Shown: piece after piece, positions 52,509 through 61,134 of the stretch
Position numbering within the stretch: position 1 is the stretch's first letter
Layout of the letters: each line of letters opens with the position of its first letter
NCBI GenBank assembly: GCA_035545015.1
Contig: DASZZD010000079.1
Location: 623 to 64,622, forward strand
Source: Phycisphaerae bacterium
GTDB taxonomy: Bacteria > Planctomycetota > Phycisphaerae > WQYP01
Reading direction: 5' to 3'
Length of the DNA stretch: 64,000 nucleotides
Program-made: the position numbers and the translations under genes
The notes under the pieces: generated by a model
Databases searched by the model: none
What the model was told of the DNA's origin: nothing
Seen by the model: only the letters and a program-made list of their open reading frames with translations

Positions 52509-53636
52509 ATGTCGCGAACGTTTGTCGAAGTCGCCATCCTGCTTGCCGCCGCCGGCTTCACGCGTGCTGCGCCCGCCCCGCCCACACGCATTCCCGATGC
52601 GCGGATCGTCAGCGTCCAATTCACCGATCAACATCGCGGCTGGGAGCGAACGGACCAGGGCCTCCTGCTCACGGACGATGGCGGCCACACCTGGCGCACG
52701 GTTCTCGCAAACGCACCCTGGAGCGGCGAGTGGGGATCAGGCTGGTACTTCAGCCACGATTGGCACGCGATCGATGCGCAGCATGCCTGGGTCGCCTTTG
52801 CCGCCGCTTCGGGGAAAGTTCACTTCCGCCGCACCACCGATGCGGGCAAACACTGGAGCGATGCGCTCGTCGCGACCGGGACGCAGGATACGCTCGCCGT
52901 CAACGTCTCGTTCGCCGATCCAAAGCATGGCTGGATCCTCGTGATCCCCGAGCACGCCATGAATTCCTCGCCCGGCGTCCTGTATCGCACGCTCGACGGA
53001 GGCACGCACTGGCGCGAAATCGGCTCGGTGGAATCGCCGGGATCGCCTCCCAAGGGCCTGCCGCGCGGCGGAAACATCGCGTTCCTCGACGCCCACACCG
53101 GCTGGCTCGTGGGCTCCGATACCTCCACCACTCCCTCCACAATGGCCGTCACTCACGACGGCGGCGCCACCTGGCGGTCCGTCCCTCTCAAACCCCCCGC
53201 TGGCGTGACCGGTGACCTCGACGTCCTCGCCCCTCCGGTCTTCCTGAATCCCACCGAAGGCCGCCTCGGCGTGCGCATCGGCGCCGCCCACGTGATCTAC
53301 GCAACCCACGATGCCGGCAAACACTGGCAAGCCCTCACCGTCACCCGCTCCACCGGCCAATTCGATTTTCTCACCCCCCGCGACGCCTGGATCTGGCGCA
53401 ACGCCGCCCCCCTTTACAACATCCCCAACGGCGCCCTCCTTCACACCACCGACGCCGGCCATTCCTGGCAACCCCTTCGCGGCCCACAAAGCCTCGAACA
53501 CATCGTGCAAAAGAACGAAACCGTCACCGAACTGACCTTCATCGACCCCCACCACGGCTGGGCCTGCATCCAAAACAACACCACCACACGCCTCGTCCAC
53601 ACCACCGACGGCGGGCAAACCTGGACGGAAGAATAG
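52509..53636 (+). CDS. Secreted BNR/Ycf48-like beta-propeller protein
   Basis: Signal peptide. Repeated GG.HW / DGG.TW BNR-like motifs (DDGGHTWRTV, DAGKHWSD, DGGTHWREI, HDGGATWRSV, HDAGKHWQAL, TDAGHSWQPL, TDGGQTWTEE). Confidence 0.7.
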   Translation: MSRTFVEVAILLAAAGFTRAAPAPPTRIPDARIVSVQFTDQHRGWERTDQGLLLTDDGGHTWRTVLANAPWSGEWGSGWYFSHDWHAIDAQHAWVAFAAASGKVHFRRTTDAGKHWSDALVATGTQDTLAVNVSFADPKHGWILVIPEHAMNSSPGVLYRTLDGGTHWREIGSVESPGSPPKGLPRGGNIAFLDAHTGWLVGSDTSTTPSTMAVTHDGGATWRSVPLKPPAGVTGDLDVLAPPVFLNPTEGRLGVRIGAAHVIYATHDAGKHWQALTVTRSTGQFDFLTPRDAWIWRNAAPLYNIPNGALLHTTDAGHSWQPLRGPQSLEHIVQKNETVTELTFIDPHHGWACIQNNTTTRLVHTTDGGQTWTEE

Positions 53637-53649
53637 GTATGAAATCGCG

Positions 53650-54744
53650 TCACACATAACCTTCTCCCTTCTCGAGCACCTGGGGGTCAGGTTCAGCAAG
53701 GTGGGGCAGGAGGGTGTCGAGAAAATTGGCGGGGGTGTGGAATTGGTGAACGAGGGTGTGCGCGTTGGTGGCGAGTTGGGCGGCGCGGGCGGGGTCGGAC
53801 AGGAGTTGCTGGATGGCTTCGCGCAGGGCGATGGGATGTTGCGGCGGGACGGTGACGGCGGCGCCGGGGGAGAGGCGCGAGGCGAGGCCGGTGGTGCGGG
53901 TGATGATGACGGGTTTGCGGCACGCGGCGGCTTCGAGGTAGGCGGTGAGGCCGGCGCAGTAGGGATTCTCGAATAGGGGAACGATGATGACGGCGGCCTG
54001 GTGATACAGATCGCGGAGGGCGGACCAGTCGTAGAACTGGCGGGTCATGTTGGGGGGGAGCGGATCGGGAAGGGAATCGCGGAGCGTGCGGGCGTCTTTG
54101 GAGTAGGCGGAAATTTTCACCTGAACGGGCAAGTCACAGGTGGCGGCGGCGAGGGTTTTGTAGTCGCGCTGCTCGAGGCCAACAGAGACCAGAAGAGGAC
54201 TGAGTGCTGAGGACTGAGGACTGAGAGCGGGGCGGAAGAAGTGGGTGTCGGTTTGTTCGGGGAGGAGGATGGTGCGGCCTTTGGGGAGGGCGAGGGCTGT
54301 TCGCAGGAAGGCGAGTTGGGGGTCGGCGTTGGTGAAGAAGTTGTGGATGGCGGGGAGGGGGCGGAAGAGGCGAAGGGCGGCTTTGGCGCGGGGGCGGTTG
54401 AGGTTGTGGACGAACATACTGATGCGCGGGCGGCGGGGGGGGGTGAGTTTGCGGGCGAGGGTGGCCAGGGGGATGCCGATGTCTTCGCCGGTGGCGTAAA
54501 TGGTGTCGCTGGGGGAGGTTTGCCGGAGGATTTTGCGGGCGTGGGCCCAGAGGGTGGCGGTGGGGAAGATTTTGGCGCGAAGCGTGTCGGCGGCGGTGGG
54601 GGCGAGGCCGGGCGTGGGGAGATGGAAGGTGGTGGGGGTGCGCTGGTCGAGGTCGAGCAGGACGTGGCCGGGGGCGCGATCGGCGGCGGCGTCCTGCCGG
54701 ATCTTGTCGAGGTCGAGAGGTTTGGAGAAAGCGATGTGCAGCAT
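53650..54744 (-). CDS. Glycosyltransferase family 4
   Basis: C-terminal GT4 EX7E-type region (…AACRKPVIITRTTG…). The track ORF begins at a TTG at 54771; ATG at 54744 is more likely. Confidence 0.8.
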   Translation of the reverse strand: MLHIAFSKPLDLDKIRQDAAADRAPGHVLLDLDQRTPTTFHLPTPGLAPTAADTLRAKIFPTATLWAHARKILRQTSPSDTIYATGEDIGIPLATLARKLTPPRRPRISMFVHNLNRPRAKAALRLFRPLPAIHNFFTNADPQLAFLRTALALPKGRTILLPEQTDTHFFRPALSPQSSALSPLLVSVGLEQRDYKTLAAATCDLPVQVKISAYSKDARTLRDSLPDPLPPNMTRQFYDWSALRDLYHQAAVIIVPLFENPYCAGLTAYLEAAACRKPVIITRTTGLASRLSPGAAVTVPPQHPIALREAIQQLLSDPARAAQLATNAHTLVHQFHTPANFLDTLLPHLAEPDPQVLEKGEGYV

Positions 54745-54760
54745 GTTCACTTTTCGATTT

Positions 54761-55879
54761 TCAACGTCCAATTTTTTCGGCGAGGAGCGTGTTGAGGGTT
54801 TTTTCGAGTTTGGTGGTGGCGTCCTGCCAGGTGTAACTCGTGGCGGTGTGGTGGGCGGTGGTGGAGAGGGATTGCCATTGGTCGTTAGGCATCCGTGCGA
54901 TGGTGAGGATGGCGTTGGCCATGGATTGGGGGTCTTCTTGTGGGACGAGGATTCCCCCGCTCCCAGTGCCGTTGGCGAGGAGTTCGGGGGCGGCGCCGGC
55001 GGGGGCGGCGATCACGGGGGTGCGGCAGGCCATCGCTTCCAGGAGAGGGAGGCCGAAGCCTTCGATGCGCGAGGGGAAGAGCCAGGCGTCGCAGGCGGCG
55101 TAGATTTTCGGAAGCTCGGCGTCGGGAACGCGGAAGCGGAAATCGGTGTCGGGCGGCAGCGGGAGAGTGGGGGTGGGCTGCATGGAGCCGAAGGAGAGGA
55201 CGCGCAGGGTGGGCAGTTGTTGGCGGGCGATGTGGATCGCCTGAATGGCGATGTCGGCGCCCTTGTTGTGCATCGGGGTATAGGTGAAGCCGATGGCGGG
55301 AGTGGGATTCTTGGAGCGCTGCGGGGCGTTGAAGAGCGTGGTGTCGACGGCGTTGGGGATGCGGGCGATGGGGGCTTGGTGGAACTTGGTTTGCAGCAGA
55401 TCGGCGACCCATTGGGCGATGACGATTTTGGGGATGGGCAGGCGGCAAGTGGCGTCGACGCGACCGACGTGGCCGGCCCAGGTTTCGTAGTCCTGCATGA
55501 AGTGAACTTTTTTGCCTTTGGAGGCAGGGAGGGCCTGGAGCCATTCGACGGTTTCCCACCAGGTGGCAATGGCGATGTCGGCATCGGGGACGTCTTGGGC
55601 GGTGATCGGGGCGGTGTGGGGGAGCTTAAGACGCTGGAAGGAGCCGGGGGGGAGCGGGGCGGGAAGGTTGTCGAAATAGGAGGGGCCGGCGTCTGGGGGT
55701 TTGGGGAGGTGACGGGTGTGGCGGAGCGAGCGTAAGGTTTGGCGGAGAGAGGGTTTGGGGTGTTGAGGTTGGAGGACGGTGACAGCGTGGCCACGAAGCG
55801 CGAGGGCGTGGGCGTAGGTGGCCAGGACGCGGATGCCGCCGTAGAGGCCGTCGGGGGGGAGGAGGAAGGTGATGCGCAT
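54761..55879 (-). CDS. Glycosyltransferase family 4
   Basis: MRITFLLPP… N-terminus and EAMACRTPVIAAPAGAAPEL GT4 motif. Start placed at ATG 55879. Confidence 0.8.
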   Translation of the reverse strand: MRITFLLPPDGLYGGIRVLATYAHALALRGHAVTVLQPQHPKPSLRQTLRSLRHTRHLPKPPDAGPSYFDNLPAPLPPGSFQRLKLPHTAPITAQDVPDADIAIATWWETVEWLQALPASKGKKVHFMQDYETWAGHVGRVDATCRLPIPKIVIAQWVADLLQTKFHQAPIARIPNAVDTTLFNAPQRSKNPTPAIGFTYTPMHNKGADIAIQAIHIARQQLPTLRVLSFGSMQPTPTLPLPPDTDFRFRVPDAELPKIYAACDAWLFPSRIEGFGLPLLEAMACRTPVIAAPAGAAPELLANGTGSGGILVPQEDPQSMANAILTIARMPNDQWQSLSTTAHHTATSYTWQDATTKLEKTLNTLLAEKIGR

Positions 55880-56213
55880 GGTGTGGGTGGTACGGGGGAG
55901 GGGGGTGGGGGGATGGGGGACGGGCGGAGAAATGAGGGGTAGCGGGTGGGAAGCGGGGGGAATCGGCGGCGGAAGTGTGGGGGTTTGCACGGTGATTTCC
56001 GGGGCGGCGCGAGGGGGTGTTTTTTCATGTTCTTCTCCCGTATGCGACAGGGAACATTGTCGGCCAAGGCCGACCGCTAAAAAAGGACGCGGGGGTGCAT
56101 AAAAGAGAACGGATGGGGCGGCGGAAAGGTTCCCGAGATGGGAGTCGGGAGCGGGGTCGCGTGGGGGACGGTATGATTGGGGTGTCGCTGTGGGATTTGG
56201 AAGGAGTGCTGAG

Positions 56214-56657
56214 ATGGCGGGAACTGTGCGGCTTCATCGGGTGTTGCGTGCGCCGGCGGAGCGGGTGTATCGGGCGTTTTTGGATGCGGATGCGAAGGCG
56301 AAGTGGTTGCCGCCGAATGGGTTTGTGGGGAAGGTGCATGCGTCGGATGCGCGGGTGGGGGGGAGTTACAAGATGTCGTTTACGAATTTTGGCACGGGGA
56401 AGAGTCATGGGTTTGGGGGGACGTACACGGAGTTGGTGCCGGGGGAGCGGATTCGGTATACGGATCGGTTTGATGATCCGGGGTTGCCGGGGGAGATGCA
56501 TGTGACGGTGACGCTGAAGGCGACGACGGTGGGGACGGAGTTGAGCATCGTTCAGGAGGGGATACCGGAAATGATTCCGGTGGAGGCGTGTTATCTGGGG
56601 TGGCAGGAGTCGTTGATTTTGCTGCGGAAATTGGTGGAGGCGGAGATTCCGGGGTGA
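56214..56657 (+). CDS. SRPBCC/AHSA1-like domain protein
   Basis: …RVYRAFLDADAKAKWLPPNGF…GGSYKMSF… is an Aha1-like START fold. Confidence 0.8.
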   Translation: MAGTVRLHRVLRAPAERVYRAFLDADAKAKWLPPNGFVGKVHASDARVGGSYKMSFTNFGTGKSHGFGGTYTELVPGERIRYTDRFDDPGLPGEMHVTVTLKATTVGTELSIVQEGIPEMIPVEACYLGWQESLILLRKLVEAEIPG

Positions 56658-56692
56658 GGGGGATGCCTGGGAGTTCCAGGCTCAGGGGGGGA

Positions 56693-58915
56693 TCAGTTGG
56701 AGGAGGTTTGCTGGTCGAAGAGGGCGCGGTCGGGGGTGGACCAGAGGGCGAGGTTCCAGCGCCAGAGGGAGAGGAGGGCGGGGTTGGCGTGGTCGGCGTC
56801 GGCGGCACGGTAGGCGAGGAGCTGGGCGCGGTGGATGAGGGCTTCGGCTCCGGGTTTGGACCAGGAGGTAGCGGCGGTTTGCCAGAGGGTTTGTGCGGCT
56901 TTTGCGCGGTCGGTGGGCAGTTGGATTTTGGCGAGGTCGACGGCGGGAGGATCGGCGTCGAATTTGTAGTCGGCGTGGGGGAACTTGGTGATGTCGGGGC
57001 CGAGGCGGTCGACGAAGATGCCAAAGAGTTTGGTGACGAAGGAGTGGTTGCGGTTGATTTTGATCCAATAGAGGCCGGGCTTGCGGGCGAGGAATTGTTC
57101 GTAGAAGCCGGGGAACATGTCGGAGGCGCGGGCGTGGGCGATGACGGGGAGTTTTTCGAGATCGAGGCGTGCTTGCTGGGAGAGGGTGGAGGCTTCGTCG
57201 GTGTCCCTGGCGGCCCGGCCGAGGGGGAGGCGGGTGTCGTAGCGGAGATCGAGGATGAAATCGCGAAGGGAGTTGCGGGAGGTTTGGCCATCGGGGTTGA
57301 GGAGATAGATGGAGATGCGGGCACGGGGGGCGGGGATGTTGACTTTGACCCAGAGGTCGGGGCCCTGGACGGCGGGGGAGGCGACGTTGTCGGAGAAGCC
57401 CTGGTCGTTGAGTTCGGACTGGACGCGGGAGTTATTGTAGGGATTGAAGAGGCCACGGCGGGGGAGATCGGGGTCGGTGGGGAAGGTGGTGGAGTTGACC
57501 TCCATGTCGTAATGGCCGCCGGTGACGACGGAGGCGTTGTAACCGTCGGCGGCGAAGGAGGGGCCTGCGCCGAGGCGAGCGAATTGGCGGCCGATGTGGC
57601 CGATCCAGTCGCCGGCGGTGGTCCAGTCTTCGCCGAGGTAGGCGCCGGCGGGGGTGGATTTGTCGGGGGCGGGGAGGGCGGCGATTTGTTTTTGAAGGTT
57701 CTGGAGTTCTTCGAGGGTGGGCGGGGCGGCGGGTTTGGGGAGCGCGGCGGGCGGGGTGGGGATGGCCTGGGGGACGGGTTTGGTCTCGGCGATGTTGAGG
57801 ATCGTGGGAGGCACGAGGTAGCGGGCGATGAGGGGGAGGCCGTTGGGGGTGGTGGCGATTCCGCGGACGTAGTTGACGCAGGGTTTGCCGGTGTCGAGCA
57901 TGGGGGAATCGGTTTGGGAGGCGGTGATGGTGTTGGTGTCGGGGTCGAAGCGTTCGACGCCGGTGGTGCGGTGGGAGATCCAGAGTTTTTGCTGGGCGTT
58001 GAGGGAGAGGGCGGTGATCCAGTCTTCGGAGAGGAGGCCGTCGTCGGAGGGTTGGAAATTTTCGGGGGGTCCGGCGTAGCGGCGTTGGACTTTTTCGATC
58101 CAGTCCTTGCCGCGGAAGAAGGAGAAGGATTTGCCGTTGTCGGAGGAGATGGCGAGGCCGGTGGTGGTGCCGAGGAAAATGCGGCCTGTGGAATCGATGG
58201 CGAGGGCGGTGCCTTCGGGGGAGGGGAGGCCTTTGCCGGAGGGGGTGATGGGTTCGTCGGAGGGATCGGGGCCGGGGAGGTGGTCCCAGTGATGGAAGTT
58301 GTCGGCGGGATGTCCGATGAGGAGGCCATCGGCGGCGGTGGCGACGAAGAGGTCGCCGGTGGTGGGGGAGATGGCGAGGGCGCGGGCTTGATCGGAGGGG
58401 AGGCCATCGGCGCGGGAGAAGTTGGACCAGGAGTCGGTGGAATCGTTGTAGCGGGTGAGGCCTTCGTTGGTGGCGATCCAGACGTCGCCGGTTTGGGGAT
58501 TGGCGGCGAGGGCGAAGACGTGGGCGCCGAGGGGACCGGCGGAGGGGCCCCAGGTGGTGTAGGTTTGCCAGGAGGCGCCATTGAAGACGGAGACGCCGTG
58601 GTTGAGGGTTCCGACCCAGAGGCGGTGTTTTTTGTCTTGTGCGAGGGCGTAGGTGAAGTTGTCGCCGGGGCCGGTGGCGGGGGAGGCGGGGGGGATGGGG
58701 CGGGAGAATTGTTGCCATTGGTTGTTGTGGAATTTCCAGACGCCCTGGCCTTCGGAGGCGAGCCAGAGGTCGGTGTGGTTTTGGTCGGGGAGTAGGGCGG
58801 TGGAGTGGAAGGGGCCGCCGTTGGCGGGGGATTCGTTTTGGGCGTTGGAGGTGATGGTGGGTTCGGCGAAGGCGGGAGTGGTGAGGAGGAGGAGGGCGAG
58901 GACGAGTTTGTGCAT
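56693..58915 (-). CDS. Secreted protein with two-component-regulator propeller (Reg_prop) repeats
   Basis: Signal peptide MHKLVLALLLLTTPAFA. Repeated …LWVGT/…VWIAT/…LFVAT propeller motifs. Start at ATG 58915, not the longer Pro-rich track ORF. Confidence 0.65.
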   Translation of the reverse strand: MHKLVLALLLLTTPAFAEPTITSNAQNESPANGGPFHSTALLPDQNHTDLWLASEGQGVWKFHNNQWQQFSRPIPPASPATGPGDNFTYALAQDKKHRLWVGTLNHGVSVFNGASWQTYTTWGPSAGPLGAHVFALAANPQTGDVWIATNEGLTRYNDSTDSWSNFSRADGLPSDQARALAISPTTGDLFVATAADGLLIGHPADNFHHWDHLPGPDPSDEPITPSGKGLPSPEGTALAIDSTGRIFLGTTTGLAISSDNGKSFSFFRGKDWIEKVQRRYAGPPENFQPSDDGLLSEDWITALSLNAQQKLWISHRTTGVERFDPDTNTITASQTDSPMLDTGKPCVNYVRGIATTPNGLPLIARYLVPPTILNIAETKPVPQAIPTPPAALPKPAAPPTLEELQNLQKQIAALPAPDKSTPAGAYLGEDWTTAGDWIGHIGRQFARLGAGPSFAADGYNASVVTGGHYDMEVNSTTFPTDPDLPRRGLFNPYNNSRVQSELNDQGFSDNVASPAVQGPDLWVKVNIPAPRARISIYLLNPDGQTSRNSLRDFILDLRYDTRLPLGRAARDTDEASTLSQQARLDLEKLPVIAHARASDMFPGFYEQFLARKPGLYWIKINRNHSFVTKLFGIFVDRLGPDITKFPHADYKFDADPPAVDLAKIQLPTDRAKAAQTLWQTAATSWSKPGAEALIHRAQLLAYRAADADHANPALLSLWRWNLALWSTPDRALFDQQTSSN

Positions 58916-59024
58916 GGTTTTGAGTCCTGAGTTGTGGAGCGGGGTGGATTGTAATTGGGAGGGAAGGGGCTGTGGCAAATGGGGGATACTCCGGTTGCGC
59001 ATGTTGCGTGCCAGACGAGGGGGC

Positions 59025-59142
59025 GAGGCGCTCATTTTGCGGGGAGAGGCGCTCATTTTTTTGACTTTTGCTTTTGGCGCGCAAGGGGTCGGATTTGTGG
59101 GGGTTGTGAATGAGCGAGGGGCGAGGCGCTCAAGGCGCTCAT
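59025..59142. promoter_or_regulatory. Array of four GAGGCGCTCA decamers in the divergent intergenic region
   Basis: Copies at 59025, 59046, 59123 and 59133, read from the sequence. Candidate transcription-factor binding array. Confidence 0.35.
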
Positions 59143-59325
59143 GTGTTTTTGCGCAGGGGCGAGGGAGGGTGGTTTGGGGGTTTGGGGAATTCGTGGAGGG
59201 TGTGTGGGTGGTGGACATGATCTTCTCCCGGTGCGGCGTGGGCGCGCCGCATAGAGAGAACGGATGGGTGAGGGGGAAGGTTCCAGGAAAGTTTGGGGAT
59301 TTTTTTGAGGGGAGTGTTCATTGTG

Positions 59326-59550
59326 GTTTATTCATTTGGGAAGTGGTCGGTGGTCTGTTGAGGGGAGGGCCTTATGGCACGAGCGGGTCGCGACAGACGC
59401 AAGCGTTGGTGGGTGGTCGGGAGATGTGGGATTGGGTTGGGTGGGAGGGGATGCGCGGGGGGAGGGGTGCGGGTAATATGTTTGAGGCGCGGACATTATG
59501 GGAGGGACGGGTCGCGACGACGCAAGCGTTGGCGGGGGCACGTATGTATC
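59326..59550. repeat. Left copy of a ~190-bp direct repeat flanking the AAA+ ATPase gene (contains an extra internal copy of the 45-bp core)
   Basis: Shares ttattcatttg…gggttgggtgg…tttgaggcgcggacattatgggagggacgggtcgcgacgacgcaagcgttgg with 60925-61115. A third partial core lies at 59370-59420. Confidence 0.7.
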
Positions 59551-59577
59551 ATCGGGGGATTTTGAGGAGGATGGTTT

Positions 59578-60909
59578 ATGGGGATTTTGGGAATGATGCG
59601 GAATTCGGCGGGGCGGGTGGTGCGGCGGCATTTGGGGGGGAGGGGGGAGGGGATGCGGGTGAGGGAGCGGCGGTTTCCGGCGCGGGTGCGGGCGGATTTG
59701 CAGCGGGGGATGGAGGCGGTGGGGAAGGAGATGGGGGCGGCGTTGCGGTATGGGGTGACTTCGCGGTATGGGCAGGCGGTGACGTTGTCGGAGGTGGTGC
59801 AGGGGGGAATGATGGGGCCGGCGCTGGGGCCGGTGGTGTATGAGGATGTGGATGTGGGGGAGGCGGAGGCGGTGCGGTGTCCGAAGAGCGGGTTGTGGTT
59901 GGGGGAGTGGGAGGGGACGCGGTATGTGGTGCTGGTGTCGCAGGGGGAGCCGCCGTATTCGGCGCTGGGGACGACGGTGCAGGTGGGGACGGTGGGGGCG
60001 AGAGGGGAGGAGGTGTGCGGGCGGGTGATGCGGGTGCTGGAGGAGGTGGTGAAGAAGTCGCCGAGCTATCGAGGGAAGGTGTTGTCGCTGGAGGCTGGGG
60101 AGGGGTATTCGGGTCAGGGGCAGGGGGTGAAGGTGCATCGGCTACGGGAGGTGAAGCGGGAGGAGGTGATTTTGCCGGCGGCGACGCTGGCGTTGTTGGA
60201 GCGGAACGTGATGGGGTTTGTGGTGCGGCGGGAGAAGATTGGGGCGATGGGACAATCGCGGAAGAAGGGGTTGCTGTTTCACGGGCGACCGGGGACGGGC
60301 AAGACGCACACGATACATTATTTGGCGCGGGCGCTGGCGGGGCATACGACGTTGATCGTGACGGCGGAGCAGGTGGGATTGCTGCCGGAGTACATGACGC
60401 TGGCGCGGCTGCTGCAGCCGAGCATGGTGGTGATCGAGGATGCGGATTTGATTGCGCGGGAGCGATCGCGGATGGCGAGCGCATGCGAGGAGGTGATGTT
60501 GAATCGGCTGCTGAACGAGATGGACGGGTTGAAGGAGGATGCGGATGTGATTTTTGTGTTGACGACGAATCGTCCGGAGGCGCTGGAGGAGGCATTGACG
60601 GCGCGGCCGGGGCGGGTGGACCAAGCGGTGGAATTTCCGCTGCCGGACGAGGCGGGGCGGGAGAAGCTGGTGCGATTGTATGCGGGGAAGGCGGCGATGA
60701 CGGAGGAGGTGGTGAAGGAAACGGTGGAGCGGACGGAGGGGGTGAGCGCGGCGTTCATTAAGGAGTTGATGCGGCGGGCGGTGCAGTTTCACCTGGAGCG
60801 GGAGGAGACGGGGCGGATTGATGGGGAGGATGTGCGTGGGGCGATTGAGGAGATGGTGGTGGGAGGCGGGGCGGTGAATCGGCGGTTGATGGGGGTGGGG
60901 CAGCGGTAA
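59578..60909 (+). CDS. AAA+ ATPase (classic FtsH/Cdc48-like ATPase module) with uncharacterised ~230-aa N-terminal domain
   Basis: Walker A GRPGTGKTHT, Walker B VVIEDADL, SRH NRPEALEEALTARPGRVDQAVEFPLP. No protease domain. Confidence 0.85.
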   Translation: MGILGMMRNSAGRVVRRHLGGRGEGMRVRERRFPARVRADLQRGMEAVGKEMGAALRYGVTSRYGQAVTLSEVVQGGMMGPALGPVVYEDVDVGEAEAVRCPKSGLWLGEWEGTRYVVLVSQGEPPYSALGTTVQVGTVGARGEEVCGRVMRVLEEVVKKSPSYRGKVLSLEAGEGYSGQGQGVKVHRLREVKREEVILPAATLALLERNVMGFVVRREKIGAMGQSRKKGLLFHGRPGTGKTHTIHYLARALAGHTTLIVTAEQVGLLPEYMTLARLLQPSMVVIEDADLIARERSRMASACEEVMLNRLLNEMDGLKEDADVIFVLTTNRPEALEEALTARPGRVDQAVEFPLPDEAGREKLVRLYAGKAAMTEEVVKETVERTEGVSAAFIKELMRRAVQFHLEREETGRIDGEDVRGAIEEMVVGGGAVNRRLMGVGQR

Positions 60910-60924
60910 TGGGGGATTATTCAG

Positions 60925-61115
60925 TGGGGATTGTTCATTATTCATTTGTGGGGATGGGGCGAGTGTTGGCGGAGTGGTGCAAGGGGTTGCGAGGCGTTCC
61001 GCGAAAAGCAAGCCGGAGCGAGGGGTTTGGGGGTTGAGAATGGGTTGGGTCGGGTTTTGAGGAGCGGGCATTATGGGGGGAACGGGTCGCGACGACGCAA
61101 GCGTTGGTGGGTGCA
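60925..61115. repeat. Right copy of the ~190-bp direct repeat flanking the AAA+ ATPase gene
   Basis: See 59326-59550. Core gcattatggggggaacgggtcgcgacgacgcaagcgttggtgggtgcac. Confidence 0.7.
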
Positions 61116-61134
61116 CATTTGTTGATTGGTGGAT

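Noticed and set aside
34757-53640. Interpreting the two skew switches as replication origin and terminus
   Set aside because: They are only about 19 kb apart on a contig of at least 64 kb. There is no dnaA gene and no DnaA-box cluster at 53.64 kb, and both switches lie between convergent genes. Inversion is the more economical explanation.
54195-54225. GGACTGAG tandem copies
   Set aside because: They lie inside the GT4 coding sequence and simply encode a low-complexity linker (SPQSSALSPLL). There is no evidence of an independent element.
59578-60909. ietAS-type defence pair (AAA+ ATPase plus subtilisin protease)
   Set aside because: The ATPase resembles the classic-clade AAA module used by IetA, but no S8 protease or other effector gene is adjacent. 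The neighbours are carbohydrate-active enzyme genes.
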